A stretch of DNA of 47,127 nt from an uncultured Candidatus Saccharibacteria bacterium (GTDB lineage Bacteria; Patescibacteriota; Minisyncoccia; Minisyncoccales; CG1-02-41-26): positions 1 through 47,127 of the forward strand of contig CAYQUV010000002.1 in the NCBI GenBank assembly GCA_964421005.1. The letters are read 5' to 3'. The notes beneath the pieces were generated by a model. The model did not search any database. It saw only the letters and a list, made by a program, of their open reading frames with translations, and had not been told where the DNA came from. Below are positions 26,771 through 36,327 of this stretch, one piece after another. The position numbers and the translations under genes are program-made. The first letter of the stretch is position 1. The number at the start of each line of letters is the position of its first letter.

Positions 26771-27481
26771 ATGGGTATAGGAGATTTTTTTAATTTAATT
26801 TTATATCAGCCGCTTTTCAATTTTTTAATTCTGCTTTATACTTATCTGCCGGGCCACGATTTCGGAGTAGCGGTAATTGTGTTGACTTTGATAATTAAAT
26901 TAATTCTTTTGCCTACTTCTCTTAAAAGTATACGTTCCCAAAAAATTATGGCTGATTTGCAACCGAAATTAAAAGAGATTCAAAAAAAATATAAAGATGA
27001 CAAAGAAAAACAGTCAAGAGAAGTTTTTAAACTTTACCAGGAAACAAAAATCAATCCTTTCTCCGGCTGTTTCCCTCTTCTTTTACAATTGCCGATTCTT
27101 ATTGCTTTGTACCAGGTTTTTTTAAAAGGATTCAATGAAGAAGTTTTAAAATCAACTCTTTATGGCTTTATTCCTTATTCAAAACAACTAAATTTAATGT
27201 TTCTGGGGCTTATTGATTTGACACAGCCTAATATATTCTTAGCTTTAACTGCTGGAGGTTTACAGTTTATACAGTCGAAAATTTCAACACCTAAAAAAAC
27301 ATCATCTCAGAAAGACACTTCTCAGATGATTCAGTCCCAGATGATGTATTTTATCCCTATTTTGACAATTTTTATTGTCTGGAAGTTCGGTTCAATTATT
27401 GGCCTTTACTGGATAACCAGCACCCTGTTTTCTATTGGAGAGCATTATCTGGTTACCAAGAAAATAAAAACCAATGCTTAA
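26771..27481 (+). CDS. yidC: Membrane protein insertase YidC (short form)
   Basis: 236 aa, five TM. LLPT..KS..S...M..LQPKLKEIQKKYKDD, NPFSGCFPLLLQLPILIALY. Confidence 0.9.
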   Translation: MGIGDFFNLILYQPLFNFLILLYTYLPGHDFGVAVIVLTLIIKLILLPTSLKSIRSQKIMADLQPKLKEIQKKYKDDKEKQSREVFKLYQETKINPFSGCFPLLLQLPILIALYQVFLKGFNEEVLKSTLYGFIPYSKQLNLMFLGLIDLTQPNIFLALTAGGLQFIQSKISTPKKTSSQKDTSQMIQSQMMYFIPILTIFIVWKFGSIIGLYWITSTLFSIGEHYLVTKKIKTNA

Positions 27482-27932
27482 TAAAGAAGATAAAGAAAAA
27501 ATAGAAAAGGTAATTAAAGATTTTTTCAAAAAGATGACCTGGGAAGAAAGCCCGGAGAATATTGAGATAAGAGATAATATTGTTTCTTTTGAGTTAGATA
27601 CGGCAACCCCCGAGATTTTAATTGGCAGGAACGGCCAGATTTTGACTAATATTCAGTATCTTCTTTCAAAAATACTGAACAAACAAAGTGAAGAGAAGAT
27701 TTTTGTTGATTTTGATATCAATCATTACAAAAAGAAAAAAACAGATTACCTGAAAGAATTGGCTAAAAATACGGCCGATGAAGTTGCTTTAACGGAAAGA
27801 GAGAGGGTTTTGCCGGCAATGACTCCTTTTGAAAGAAGGATAATCCATCTGGCTTTGAGTGGAAGGGAAGATGTTAAAACGGAAAGCGTGGGAAAAGAGC
27901 CAGAGAGAAGAGTTGTTATTAAACCCGCTTAA
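27474..27932 (+). CDS. Jag/KhpB-type KH plus R3H RNA-binding protein
   Basis: 152 aa. Overlaps the yidC stop by 8 nt. C-terminal R3H motif (MTPFERRIIHLAL). Conserved yidC-jag linkage. Confidence 0.85.
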   Translation: MLNKEDKEKIEKVIKDFFKKMTWEESPENIEIRDNIVSFELDTATPEILIGRNGQILTNIQYLLSKILNKQSEEKIFVDFDINHYKKKKTDYLKELAKNTADEVALTERERVLPAMTPFERRIIHLALSGREDVKTESVGKEPERRVVIKPA

Positions 27933-27953
27933 AAATTAATAGAGTTACCAATT

Positions 27954-28012
27954 AAAAAATAACCCATTCGTTGATAAGTTATATTTATCAACCTCTCCGC
28001 GGGTTATTTTTT
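27954..28012. terminator. Nested, bidirectional stem-loop between convergent operons
   Basis: Outer arms AAAAAATAACCC (27954..27965) / GGGTTATTTTTT (28001..28012). Inner hairpin GTTGATAA (27970..27977) / TTATCAAC (27985..27992). The right arm overlaps the stop of the 625-aa ORF. Confidence 0.6.
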
Positions 28013-29881
28013 AATTGGATAAATAGCGATAGCAGAAGCGCAAGATTTAGGAAGTATAAATCCTAATCCCCGAATTATACCGCATTTACCAATTTTATTA
28101 TCGGTTAAATCCATATCGCTTTTAGTGAAAATCTCAGAATGTTCACCGGGAGTATCTTTATCCCAGCATTTATCTGGATTCCTAGTACATTGTGTGTCTC
28201 TTTCAGGATCAATTTTGTTCTCAAAAAGAACTACTAAACAATTTCCTTTAATTTCAATAGAATTAATATTGTCGCCAAATTTTGTAGGTTCGGATTTCTT
28301 ATCCCCATTTAATTTTCTCAATTTTCCCCCTTCTATTTCTTCTGGAATATTTTGAGGGATATAAATCGGTAAGGTGCTGGTAGCAATCCAAATATATTCG
28401 CTAAGTTCAACTTCTTTTCCGGGGGGAGTATAGACTAAACATTCTCCTTCCCCATATTTATCAGTGCAGATTCTAACTTCCTCACAGGTAGAAATATTAC
28501 TACTTATCTCTTTGATATAAATTGAAGAAGCTTTATTTAATTTTCCATACTGGTCTATATCATCAGCTGATATTCTTCTAAACTCACCGGGTTTAAATTC
28601 TTTTCCTGTTGATTCTTCCGATGGTATGTTACCGGCTAATACATCTGTTTTCTCTACTTTTCCTTGAGTATTTATTTTCCATCCTTCTCTTGTTCTTTCT
28701 TCAAAAAATATTCTCAATTTTCCGTCTCCGTAAGGGTCATCATGCAACACGGCGATAAAATCACTTGTGTTGTCGTTTTTTATTCCTATTTTTTCTATTT
28801 TGTCATCAAGGCCAATATTAACAAGATTTTCCATATCAGAGATTTTACGATATTCTCCAAATCCTCCGGATTTATATAAATAAACTCCCGGTAGCATACT
28901 TTTTATTTGAACGGACAAAGGCGGATGTTCGACAAGGGAAGCCTTTTTAGTTTCTATAATTTCCTTTTTGTCTGGGTCATAGTCATAGTATTCTACTTTG
29001 GAACTGAATAGGCTAAAAAAGGGATTTTCGATAAAATCAATCATATGTATCACTCCCTGTGTTGCTCCTCCAATTTTATTTACATTCTCTGCTCCTTTTA
29101 CGCTTCCATCAAGAACATCTATTAATCCCTCAGAAGTATATTCATTATATAAAGATCCTTCAAAATCCTTTTTAGCAAAAAGTATTACTTTGGTTTTTCC
29201 ATATAAAGAATCTCCCGAAAAGGCAATTGCTCTAAAGTTAAAATTTTCAAAATTTACTTGGGTTACATTTCTATTGTTGTCCCAGTGGGTAGCCACAAAT
29301 CTCCCGGCGTCTTTTTCCCCCAATTCTTCTTCTTGAAGGTTTGAGATATTGTATCTTAGAGGATAAGCATTTTTGGAAGCGATAAGGTCTTCAAGAGTAG
29401 CTGAAATAACTTCTTCCGAAGAATTGTTTTTAAGGAGCGCTTTGAGTGCTTCGGCGCCCGTTGAGTCAAGTAAAACTGTTCCCGAGAAAACCGGCTCCCT
29501 TTCAACTGTCACAACTACTAATTGAGGGTTAATAGTTATTAAAATCAAATAAGAGCCAAGCAAGATTACTAAACCTAAAAAGGAATTCAGAATTCTGCCC
29601 CGAGCCGTTTGCATTATAGCAGGATTGCCGGTTGAGGTGAGATACATTATCCCAGCGTAAATTAAAGACCCAAAAGCGATAATAGCCCCGATTATAATAG
29701 CCCAGCTTACAAAATATTTGATAACACCTCCCAAAGGAGTGTCAATTCCAATGGTTTGCTCAGTGCCGGGCGGGGCAGGATAGTTATATTCTAAATCTAA
29801 AACTGCGAAACTAAAAAGAGGCAGAAATAACAGAATTGTTATTAATAAAATTTTGAATAGGCCTATTTTTGTAATTTTCAT
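28004..29881 (-). CDS. Exported 625-aa protein: N-terminal T4SS-pilin-like (TrbC/VirB2-type) two-helix module fused to a large unknown ectodomain
   Basis: Signal-like N-terminus, YPAPPGTE, then two TM helices with AGIMYLTSTGNPAIMQTARGRILNSFLGLVILLGSYLILITINPQLV. This module is clearly paralogous to the N-terminus of the 1809-aa ORF. Last gene of the operon, 3 nt after the previous stop. Confidence 0.75.
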   Translation of the reverse strand: MKITKIGLFKILLITILLFLPLFSFAVLDLEYNYPAPPGTEQTIGIDTPLGGVIKYFVSWAIIIGAIIAFGSLIYAGIMYLTSTGNPAIMQTARGRILNSFLGLVILLGSYLILITINPQLVVVTVEREPVFSGTVLLDSTGAEALKALLKNNSSEEVISATLEDLIASKNAYPLRYNISNLQEEELGEKDAGRFVATHWDNNRNVTQVNFENFNFRAIAFSGDSLYGKTKVILFAKKDFEGSLYNEYTSEGLIDVLDGSVKGAENVNKIGGATQGVIHMIDFIENPFFSLFSSKVEYYDYDPDKKEIIETKKASLVEHPPLSVQIKSMLPGVYLYKSGGFGEYRKISDMENLVNIGLDDKIEKIGIKNDNTSDFIAVLHDDPYGDGKLRIFFEERTREGWKINTQGKVEKTDVLAGNIPSEESTGKEFKPGEFRRISADDIDQYGKLNKASSIYIKEISSNISTCEEVRICTDKYGEGECLVYTPPGKEVELSEYIWIATSTLPIYIPQNIPEEIEGGKLRKLNGDKKSEPTKFGDNINSIEIKGNCLVVLFENKIDPERDTQCTRNPDKCWDKDTPGEHSEIFTKSDMDLTDNKIGKCGIIRGLGFILPKSCASAIAIYPIKK

Positions 29882-29884
29882 AAT

Positions 29885-31015
29885 TTATTCTCTTTCTAAT
29901 GTTGTTTCGTGGCAGCAAACATAGTTATAATAACTCCCCCCACAAATCCAGGCAATACACTCTTCTTCAGAGAGCCGCTTTTTACATTCAATATTTACCG
30001 CAACTATACCAAAAGGACCTACTGATGTTTCTACTGATGGTTCATCACAGCAAAGGCAATCTATACAATCTTGAGTAAGTTTTCCTTGTCCACAAACCTT
30101 TTTACAGGTTCCGTAAATTCTGTAATTAATTTTGGCTAAAGGAGACGCTTCCTCATCAGGTTTTTTTTGACCTAAACAATCTTTACAATCATCAATCGGG
30201 CCTTTTTCACAAACGCCCCGGCAACTCTCTGACCAGGGCTTTGGCCAATAAACTCCTTGAGCTAAAGCATCGCTGCATCTCATAGGATACCTGGCTCCTA
30301 ACTCTCCGGCTTCAACTTTTTTTCTTTCTATCTCTGACAAACTACAACTTCTTTTTCCTTTTTCAGCCGCCGAATGAAGCCACTCTCTGGCTAAATCTAA
30401 TTTTCTTCTTACAAATTCAGGCCATCTAATTAATTCTCCCACCGATTCTCCCTCTTTTCTTATATCTTCAGTAACTTTGTATTTTTTCTCGCTAAATATA
30501 TCACTAACTTTTTCGTAAGTACCCTCCACACCTCCTTTCATTGTTTCTAAGAATTTATAATAATCTTCAAGGTCGGGACAGGGTTCGCCAATACATTCTT
30601 TGACCGGGCAGAGGGGTATATGGAATCCTACTAAGGGCTTCGGTTTCTTAAAAGGAAGTTTAATTTTAAGCGAAAAATCAGGGGCTTGGTCAATAACCTG
30701 AGGCTGGCAGGCTGAAAAATCGCAAACTTCTTCAGGATTTTTATATAATTCGCTAACCTCACTTTGGGTTTGTTCAATAGCCGAAGAGAGATAACTTCTG
30801 ACATTCTGGAGTTCTGAATAAACTTCTGTCATTAATTTTAAACTTTCCTCAACCGCTTCCCCGGTTGGGATTGGCTCATCGCAAACTATCCTGGTGAGAG
30901 TAAATTCTTGGGCAGAAACCTTGTTTTTTTGATTTGACAGAAAAGCAGAAACCAAAAGGACTGGAACCAGAATTACCATTAAGAAATAAAGAGAAATTTT
31001 AATTTTCTTTGACAT
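29885..31015 (-). CDS. Exported or anchored cysteine-rich protein (376 aa), unknown family
   Basis: N-terminal hydrophobic anchor or signal. About 23 Cys by hand count. Duplicated C-x3-C-x7-C-x2-C unit and CC doublets near the C-terminus. Confidence 0.7.
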   Translation of the reverse strand: MSKKIKISLYFLMVILVPVLLVSAFLSNQKNKVSAQEFTLTRIVCDEPIPTGEAVEESLKLMTEVYSELQNVRSYLSSAIEQTQSEVSELYKNPEEVCDFSACQPQVIDQAPDFSLKIKLPFKKPKPLVGFHIPLCPVKECIGEPCPDLEDYYKFLETMKGGVEGTYEKVSDIFSEKKYKVTEDIRKEGESVGELIRWPEFVRRKLDLAREWLHSAAEKGKRSCSLSEIERKKVEAGELGARYPMRCSDALAQGVYWPKPWSESCRGVCEKGPIDDCKDCLGQKKPDEEASPLAKINYRIYGTCKKVCGQGKLTQDCIDCLCCDEPSVETSVGPFGIVAVNIECKKRLSEEECIAWICGGSYYNYVCCHETTLERE

Positions 31016-31063
31016 ATATCTTATTTTACCTCTTCAAAAAACTAACTTCAATTATTGATTAAT

Positions 31064-34000
31064 CTATTTTGTATAAGGTTGCATCCACTCATAACCTTCT
31101 AATACCTCTACTTGGTGTAAGAAAGGATAACGGAGAATATAAACTAAATAACAATACGGGTCCTTTAAAGGAGAAGGAGTCAGAGGAAGCCCGGAAATAC
31201 AGAAAGGTAGATGGCAGTAACTTTTGCCGCAAGTACAGTTGGCATTGGCAAAATTTATAGCCGTAGCTAAAGCCCAAACATTTTGGGTTTTCTTTTTTAT
31301 TTCTTCCGCCCAATTATAAAGCTCGGTAACTTTTTTGAAATAAAGACAGTCCTCTCCGCGTCGGTCTTCACCACAAGAATAATCTAACCAGACATTTAAA
31401 AGCCTCATTTTTAAATCTCCGATTTTTACATCCCAGTGTTCCTCTTCTTTTCGCAACAGATTAAGATGATTCAAATTCTGTCTCATTATAGCGAAATTGG
31501 ATTCTATAACCGAAAAAAGATGGTCAATTCTAGGGCAGACCGGTCCTCCCCGGACACTGGTTAATCCTCCGTAGCCGATGGCTGGGTTTGGTATACATTC
31601 TAGGGGTTTGAAACTTAATCCTTCTTCTTCCAACTGTGTTTCGGATATTGCTTTTAATTTTTCAGGAAGTTCTTCAATCATTGCTATTAATTGTTGAGCG
31701 CTTTCGTAAGCCCTTCTGGTATCTTCAATAGTGGTCTTTATTCCCCGGAAAAACAAAGTACCTGATTTTATCCCCAAGAGGACGGAATAAACTTCCATTA
31801 CTCCCTCTAAAGGGGTTCTGATGTCAAATAATTCAGTGGCGCATAACTCTCTTATTTCCTTTAACTGTTTTTCGTTTTCTTCTTTTGTTAAATCAGGGAT
31901 TTCTATTCCGAGAAGTCCGGAAATTTCTGTTCTCCACTCTTCATCTGCCAGATTTTCTTTTAATTGAGCAAAATCATTACATTGTTGTTCCAGACCCTTT
32001 TGGTATTCTAACTCAGAGCAAGTTTCTCTAAATTCTTTTGTAGCCACTTCAATAATAATTTCAGAGGTTAAAACTTCGCTAAGCTCTGTGCATGATGTAT
32101 ATTTTGACCTTCTTTCAAAATATAATCTATCTTCCCGTCTCTTTTGTACTGGTTCGCATATGTTTGTTTTCCACCATTGTTTGGGGTCACTTATTTCTTC
32201 GCTTTTTACTCTTTGAGCAAACTCTTCTATCGATGTTGTTTCAAAACCTTCTATTGAGGGACCCTTTCTGCTTAATCCTGAAACCAATTCATATCTGATT
32301 TGACACTTTTCGGTTAATTCTACTTTATTGTCGAGCAAGTCTTTGTCTAACTTACCCATTTCTCCTGTTTCTTCACAATTCTCTGTATTGTACTTACAAT
32401 CACATTCTATTTGTTTGGGGTCCATTTTCAGAATAAGGTCTAATTTTTGACAGCCGGATTTCATTTTCTCGTTGCCAAAAATTATTGTTCTTAAACTCGG
32501 ATATTTTTTATTCTTGATTTTATTTAGCTCATCACTCGGATTATCCCTGAATTTTTCTAAAAGTCTTTCGTCACTAACATATCCGGTGATAAAATCTTTA
32601 TCAGAACTAAATCTTTCTGAGAGCCGCGGGGCGATTCCATAATCGATGAAATTATCAAACAATTTCTTTATATTAGTTAAGGAATTATCTATTCCATCAA
32701 ATTGTTTCTTAAGAAAAGAGAGTGGACTTTGAAAGAACTTATCTTTGAAGCTTTCAAAACCTTCTCCACCGCTGGTTTTAATGCCCTTGAATCCTATTTC
32801 TAAATCAACATCTGTTATCTGAGGAATAGGGATTTCAAGGATAGGTTTAATTTCAGCAACCAACTTTCTTATTTCGTCAAATTCTGGGATTATTTCATTT
32901 AATTTTTCAATACCATTGAGAAAATGCCAGATTTGTTCAAATGTCTTTGTATTCTCTTGTTCAAAACATTTAAGTCGACCGAGAAATCCTTCCCCGGAAC
33001 TACCTTCCGGACAACTGTAAGTACCAACGAAATTTTTGATACTTTCCGGGTCCTCAAAAAGGAGTTGATTAATACCTTCCAAAGGACCGGTTGGAGAAAA
33101 GATTTCTTTCAATTTTTCTCTATTTTTTACTGAAAGACCAGGAGTATTCATTAGAGAATCTTTGAGTTCCATAATTTTATTGAGAGCGCTTAAAGCATTA
33201 TCTAGAATTAAAACAATATCTTGTGAAATTTCTTTAGTTTCTATAATATCTTCAACATATTTCTTTTGACTATATTCTTCCTCTCCCTTGTGCCAGATTT
33301 GATTTATTCGCAGAGAATGATTTTTCAGTTGTTCAATTTGAGATTTTAAATCTCCTATTTTATCCAAAGCAGTGTCAAAATCTTGATAAACTTGTTCTGG
33401 TATTCTCTCTTCGGGCAGGCTGCAACAATTTATTTTATTAGCAAAAGCATCCCAATTTTTACGGATTCCATTTACAAACCTGCCATCTGGACAAGACCTT
33501 AATTCTTTGTCTGCTAAAGGTTGTTCATTACATCCCGGTTCTCCTCCTGGAACTGAATTACAACAGGTCATTTCATCAGCCTTACTCCGTTTGTTTTTAT
33601 GGATTCCAGTTACAAATCTACCATCCGGGCAGTAGTTCCAAATACTATTTGATAAACCTTTACTACTACACTCTCGTTCTCCTTCCGGAACTGTTTCCGG
33701 TAAATTACAGCATCTTATACGATTAGCTTGACCTTCATCGTTTTTATGAATGGCATCTACAAACATTCCTTCAGGACAGTATTCCAAACCACCACTGTCC
33801 CATTCACCCCAGCCGCCTGCTTCTAAGTGTATCTCTATACATTCTGGTTTAGCTTCTTCAATCGTTTCTTCTATTTCGGTCAATTTATCTTCGGTTGTCT
33901 TTAGTTGCGAACTTATAATTGGAATTGTTAAAAATTCTGAGAGGGAAGATTGATCAATATTCTCTAAACCCTCGATTATAGGGTCAAAATCAACTCTTAG

Positions 34001-36304
34001 GACAGTTTCAGTTTTGCTGTCCCAATTATGATAAGCAAAACTTTGCTCGTAGCCGCATTTATTTTTAGCTTTTTGCTCAGCATCGTCAAAATTTTCAGCA
34101 TAAATAGTATAACTGGTGGGTGTCCAGTATTTAGCTTCAGTTACCCCTTCAGCGATTTCAATTGTTGGAAGATTATTAACCTGCTTGGAAAGATTTTCTT
34201 GAGAGGTTTTCAATTGATTAAATAAATTTAACACTTCGCTATAATTTAATCCCGTTTGAGAGAGTTTAGCGCTTGTATCATAGATTTCTTTAAAAGATTT
34301 AAACCAGGTGTTACTGGGGGTATAACAATAAACGGTACAATTTCCAGGACAAGTGATAGTAACTTCTCCAATCTTCCCTCCCAATCCGGGTACTTCCGGA
34401 TGGGAAACAATATTTTCGCCAAATTGTTGAGGGAAAGGAAGAGACCATTCTCTTTTTGGACAGTGGACATTATAAGTGATGCTTTTACTTTTTTCTATTT
34501 TACTTTTGACAAAACAATGCGGTTGGGGAGGAGGCAATTCTGGATCAAAAAAAGTGAAATCTTTTACGCGATAAGGATCATAATATTCTTTAGTTTCGGG
34601 ATAATAAATGATTTGATAATCTCCATCTGGACAACTAAAAATACACTTATCTTCAGAAAGAGAGGCAATACATTTAATTGGTATGGTTGGTAGATTTGAA
34701 TCGGAAATATAACAACTTTTTAATGGAATTTCTGGATCTGGATAAGAAATCTCAGGAATAGAACTTCCGGCAGATTCAGAACACATCATTTTGTAAGTAC
34801 AGCCATTGCCATCTCTGGAAATTCCGATGACAAATTTTTGATATTTAGGACCCGGACATAAATTCCACTCATCTTTTTTAAGTTTTATGCTTTCTTTAAA
34901 ATATTCTGCTCCCTGGGAACCTTCGATTAAGGAACAACAGCGTATATAATGGGCTTTGCCTGACTTTCTTGCTTCTAATCCGCTTCCGCACCAGTCATTA
35001 TTCTTACGGATGGCGACCACATATTGGCCATCTGGACAGGTTTTCCATTGGTTATCTCTAAGAAGTATATCTTCAGAGCATATTTGCTCTGACCAAGAAA
35101 CTGTGCCGGATATACTTGAGCATCTTATTTTATCAAGTTTTCCACTACTGTTTTTATGAACCCCGGTTACATATTTACCCTCAGGACAATAAACCCACTT
35201 TCCTTTTGTTGGTACTTCCAAATCTATCGGAGCTAAAAGGTTTCCGTTTTCTTCTAAACGGGTGACAAGTTGTTGGGGGGTTTCAAGATGGGAAAGATAC
35301 TCACTGATCATTCCCTGCACTTGGTTTCTTTTTGCTGAGCTTGCGGCAAAAAGAAATTTTACACCTTCCTCCTCTTTAAGTTTTTCTCTTAAATCAATAG
35401 TTTCTCTTTGGGCGTCTCCGATTAAACCGTAAGTTTCAGATTTTGCCTGGGAGAATTTTAGAAGACTATCGCTGTAATAATCGAGAAGATTACGAAAACC
35501 CAACTCCCCGCCTTTAACATTCAAAAGAGTGGTAAGAGAATCATAGAAAGTCCTAAGATAGGCTGCTTGCTGGAAAAAATCATTTAAAACTCTGATTCCT
35601 TGATTTATAGTTTCTGGAAGCTGGTAAATTACCCTGCGAATTTCATTGAGCTTACCAACAAAATTGAAAATTTTCCTTAAAGTATTTATCCATCCCATTG
35701 GTAAAAACATTTCAGCGATATCAAGCCAGCTAATTGTATAGCTTACTTCACCGAAACGGAGATTACAGGATGTTTTGCAGTTTCTTAAAAAAAGACATTC
35801 GGAAAGAGGGTCGGTGTTGTTAAAGATTTTTTTAGCGAAATAAACTATAGTGGCGGCTGTTCTCTGGATTCTTATGAAATCCGAACAGGCTTTGCTTAAA
35901 GCCCGTCTTTCTTCTTTTGTCAACATTTCTTCTTCCTGGGGCAAGGGAATGCTTAGTTCGCACATTTCAGGAATTTTTGGCCGGGGAATATCGGGTATGC
36001 CGTCTTTGGTTGTAGGAGTTTGGTCACTGCCGATATTAATGGCTGAAAAAGGATTATAACAGTCTTTATCTAGCACAGATGAGTATCCTAAACCTAACCG
36101 CTTGGGTAAACATTTAATTAAACGCCAGCTTCCCAGCATAATATCTCCATCATCTTCAAGTTTGAGTTCATCGGGCAACCTGATTTTCATTAGAAGGTCT
36201 CTCAGACTGAAAGCCTGAGCTTGTAAAGGAAGGGACTGTAAAAGAAGAGCTAATATTGTAATCAGGCAAATAGTATTTTTAAAATATCCATTCTTGAAAA
36301 ACAT
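31064..36304 (-). CDS. Giant secreted protein (1746 aa) with six copies of a novel Cys-bounded repeat
   Basis: Uninterrupted 5.2-kb ORF. Signal peptide (..LPLQAQA/FS). Repeats of the form W-x-x-CP-[DE]-G-x-[FY]-V-x-[GA]-[IV]-[HR]-K-N-...-CC at aa ~367-511 and ~837-963. Long helical regions and further Cys clusters. Confidence 0.8.
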   Translation of the reverse strand: MFFKNGYFKNTICLITILALLLQSLPLQAQAFSLRDLLMKIRLPDELKLEDDGDIMLGSWRLIKCLPKRLGLGYSSVLDKDCYNPFSAINIGSDQTPTTKDGIPDIPRPKIPEMCELSIPLPQEEEMLTKEERRALSKACSDFIRIQRTAATIVYFAKKIFNNTDPLSECLFLRNCKTSCNLRFGEVSYTISWLDIAEMFLPMGWINTLRKIFNFVGKLNEIRRVIYQLPETINQGIRVLNDFFQQAAYLRTFYDSLTTLLNVKGGELGFRNLLDYYSDSLLKFSQAKSETYGLIGDAQRETIDLREKLKEEEGVKFLFAASSAKRNQVQGMISEYLSHLETPQQLVTRLEENGNLLAPIDLEVPTKGKWVYCPEGKYVTGVHKNSSGKLDKIRCSSISGTVSWSEQICSEDILLRDNQWKTCPDGQYVVAIRKNNDWCGSGLEARKSGKAHYIRCCSLIEGSQGAEYFKESIKLKKDEWNLCPGPKYQKFVIGISRDGNGCTYKMMCSESAGSSIPEISYPDPEIPLKSCYISDSNLPTIPIKCIASLSEDKCIFSCPDGDYQIIYYPETKEYYDPYRVKDFTFFDPELPPPQPHCFVKSKIEKSKSITYNVHCPKREWSLPFPQQFGENIVSHPEVPGLGGKIGEVTITCPGNCTVYCYTPSNTWFKSFKEIYDTSAKLSQTGLNYSEVLNLFNQLKTSQENLSKQVNNLPTIEIAEGVTEAKYWTPTSYTIYAENFDDAEQKAKNKCGYEQSFAYHNWDSKTETVLRVDFDPIIEGLENIDQSSLSEFLTIPIISSQLKTTEDKLTEIEETIEEAKPECIEIHLEAGGWGEWDSGGLEYCPEGMFVDAIHKNDEGQANRIRCCNLPETVPEGERECSSKGLSNSIWNYCPDGRFVTGIHKNKRSKADEMTCCNSVPGGEPGCNEQPLADKELRSCPDGRFVNGIRKNWDAFANKINCCSLPEERIPEQVYQDFDTALDKIGDLKSQIEQLKNHSLRINQIWHKGEEEYSQKKYVEDIIETKEISQDIVLILDNALSALNKIMELKDSLMNTPGLSVKNREKLKEIFSPTGPLEGINQLLFEDPESIKNFVGTYSCPEGSSGEGFLGRLKCFEQENTKTFEQIWHFLNGIEKLNEIIPEFDEIRKLVAEIKPILEIPIPQITDVDLEIGFKGIKTSGGEGFESFKDKFFQSPLSFLKKQFDGIDNSLTNIKKLFDNFIDYGIAPRLSERFSSDKDFITGYVSDERLLEKFRDNPSDELNKIKNKKYPSLRTIIFGNEKMKSGCQKLDLILKMDPKQIECDCKYNTENCEETGEMGKLDKDLLDNKVELTEKCQIRYELVSGLSRKGPSIEGFETTSIEEFAQRVKSEEISDPKQWWKTNICEPVQKRREDRLYFERRSKYTSCTELSEVLTSEIIIEVATKEFRETCSELEYQKGLEQQCNDFAQLKENLADEEWRTEISGLLGIEIPDLTKEENEKQLKEIRELCATELFDIRTPLEGVMEVYSVLLGIKSGTLFFRGIKTTIEDTRRAYESAQQLIAMIEELPEKLKAISETQLEEEGLSFKPLECIPNPAIGYGGLTSVRGGPVCPRIDHLFSVIESNFAIMRQNLNHLNLLRKEEEHWDVKIGDLKMRLLNVWLDYSCGEDRRGEDCLYFKKVTELYNWAEEIKKKTQNVWALATAINFANANCTCGKSYCHLPFCISGLPLTPSPLKDPYCYLVYILRYPFLHQVEVLEGYEWMQPYTK

Positions 36305-36327
36305 ATTATTTTTATTTAGTTAATCCG

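Noticed and set aside
33410-35200. Resemblance of the CP.G..V.......C/CC repeats to animal dermatopontin-type repeats
   Set aside because: Only the CP.G.hV start and a closing Cys are shared, and the spacing and remaining positions differ. Without a statistical search this is pattern coincidence, so no homology is claimed.
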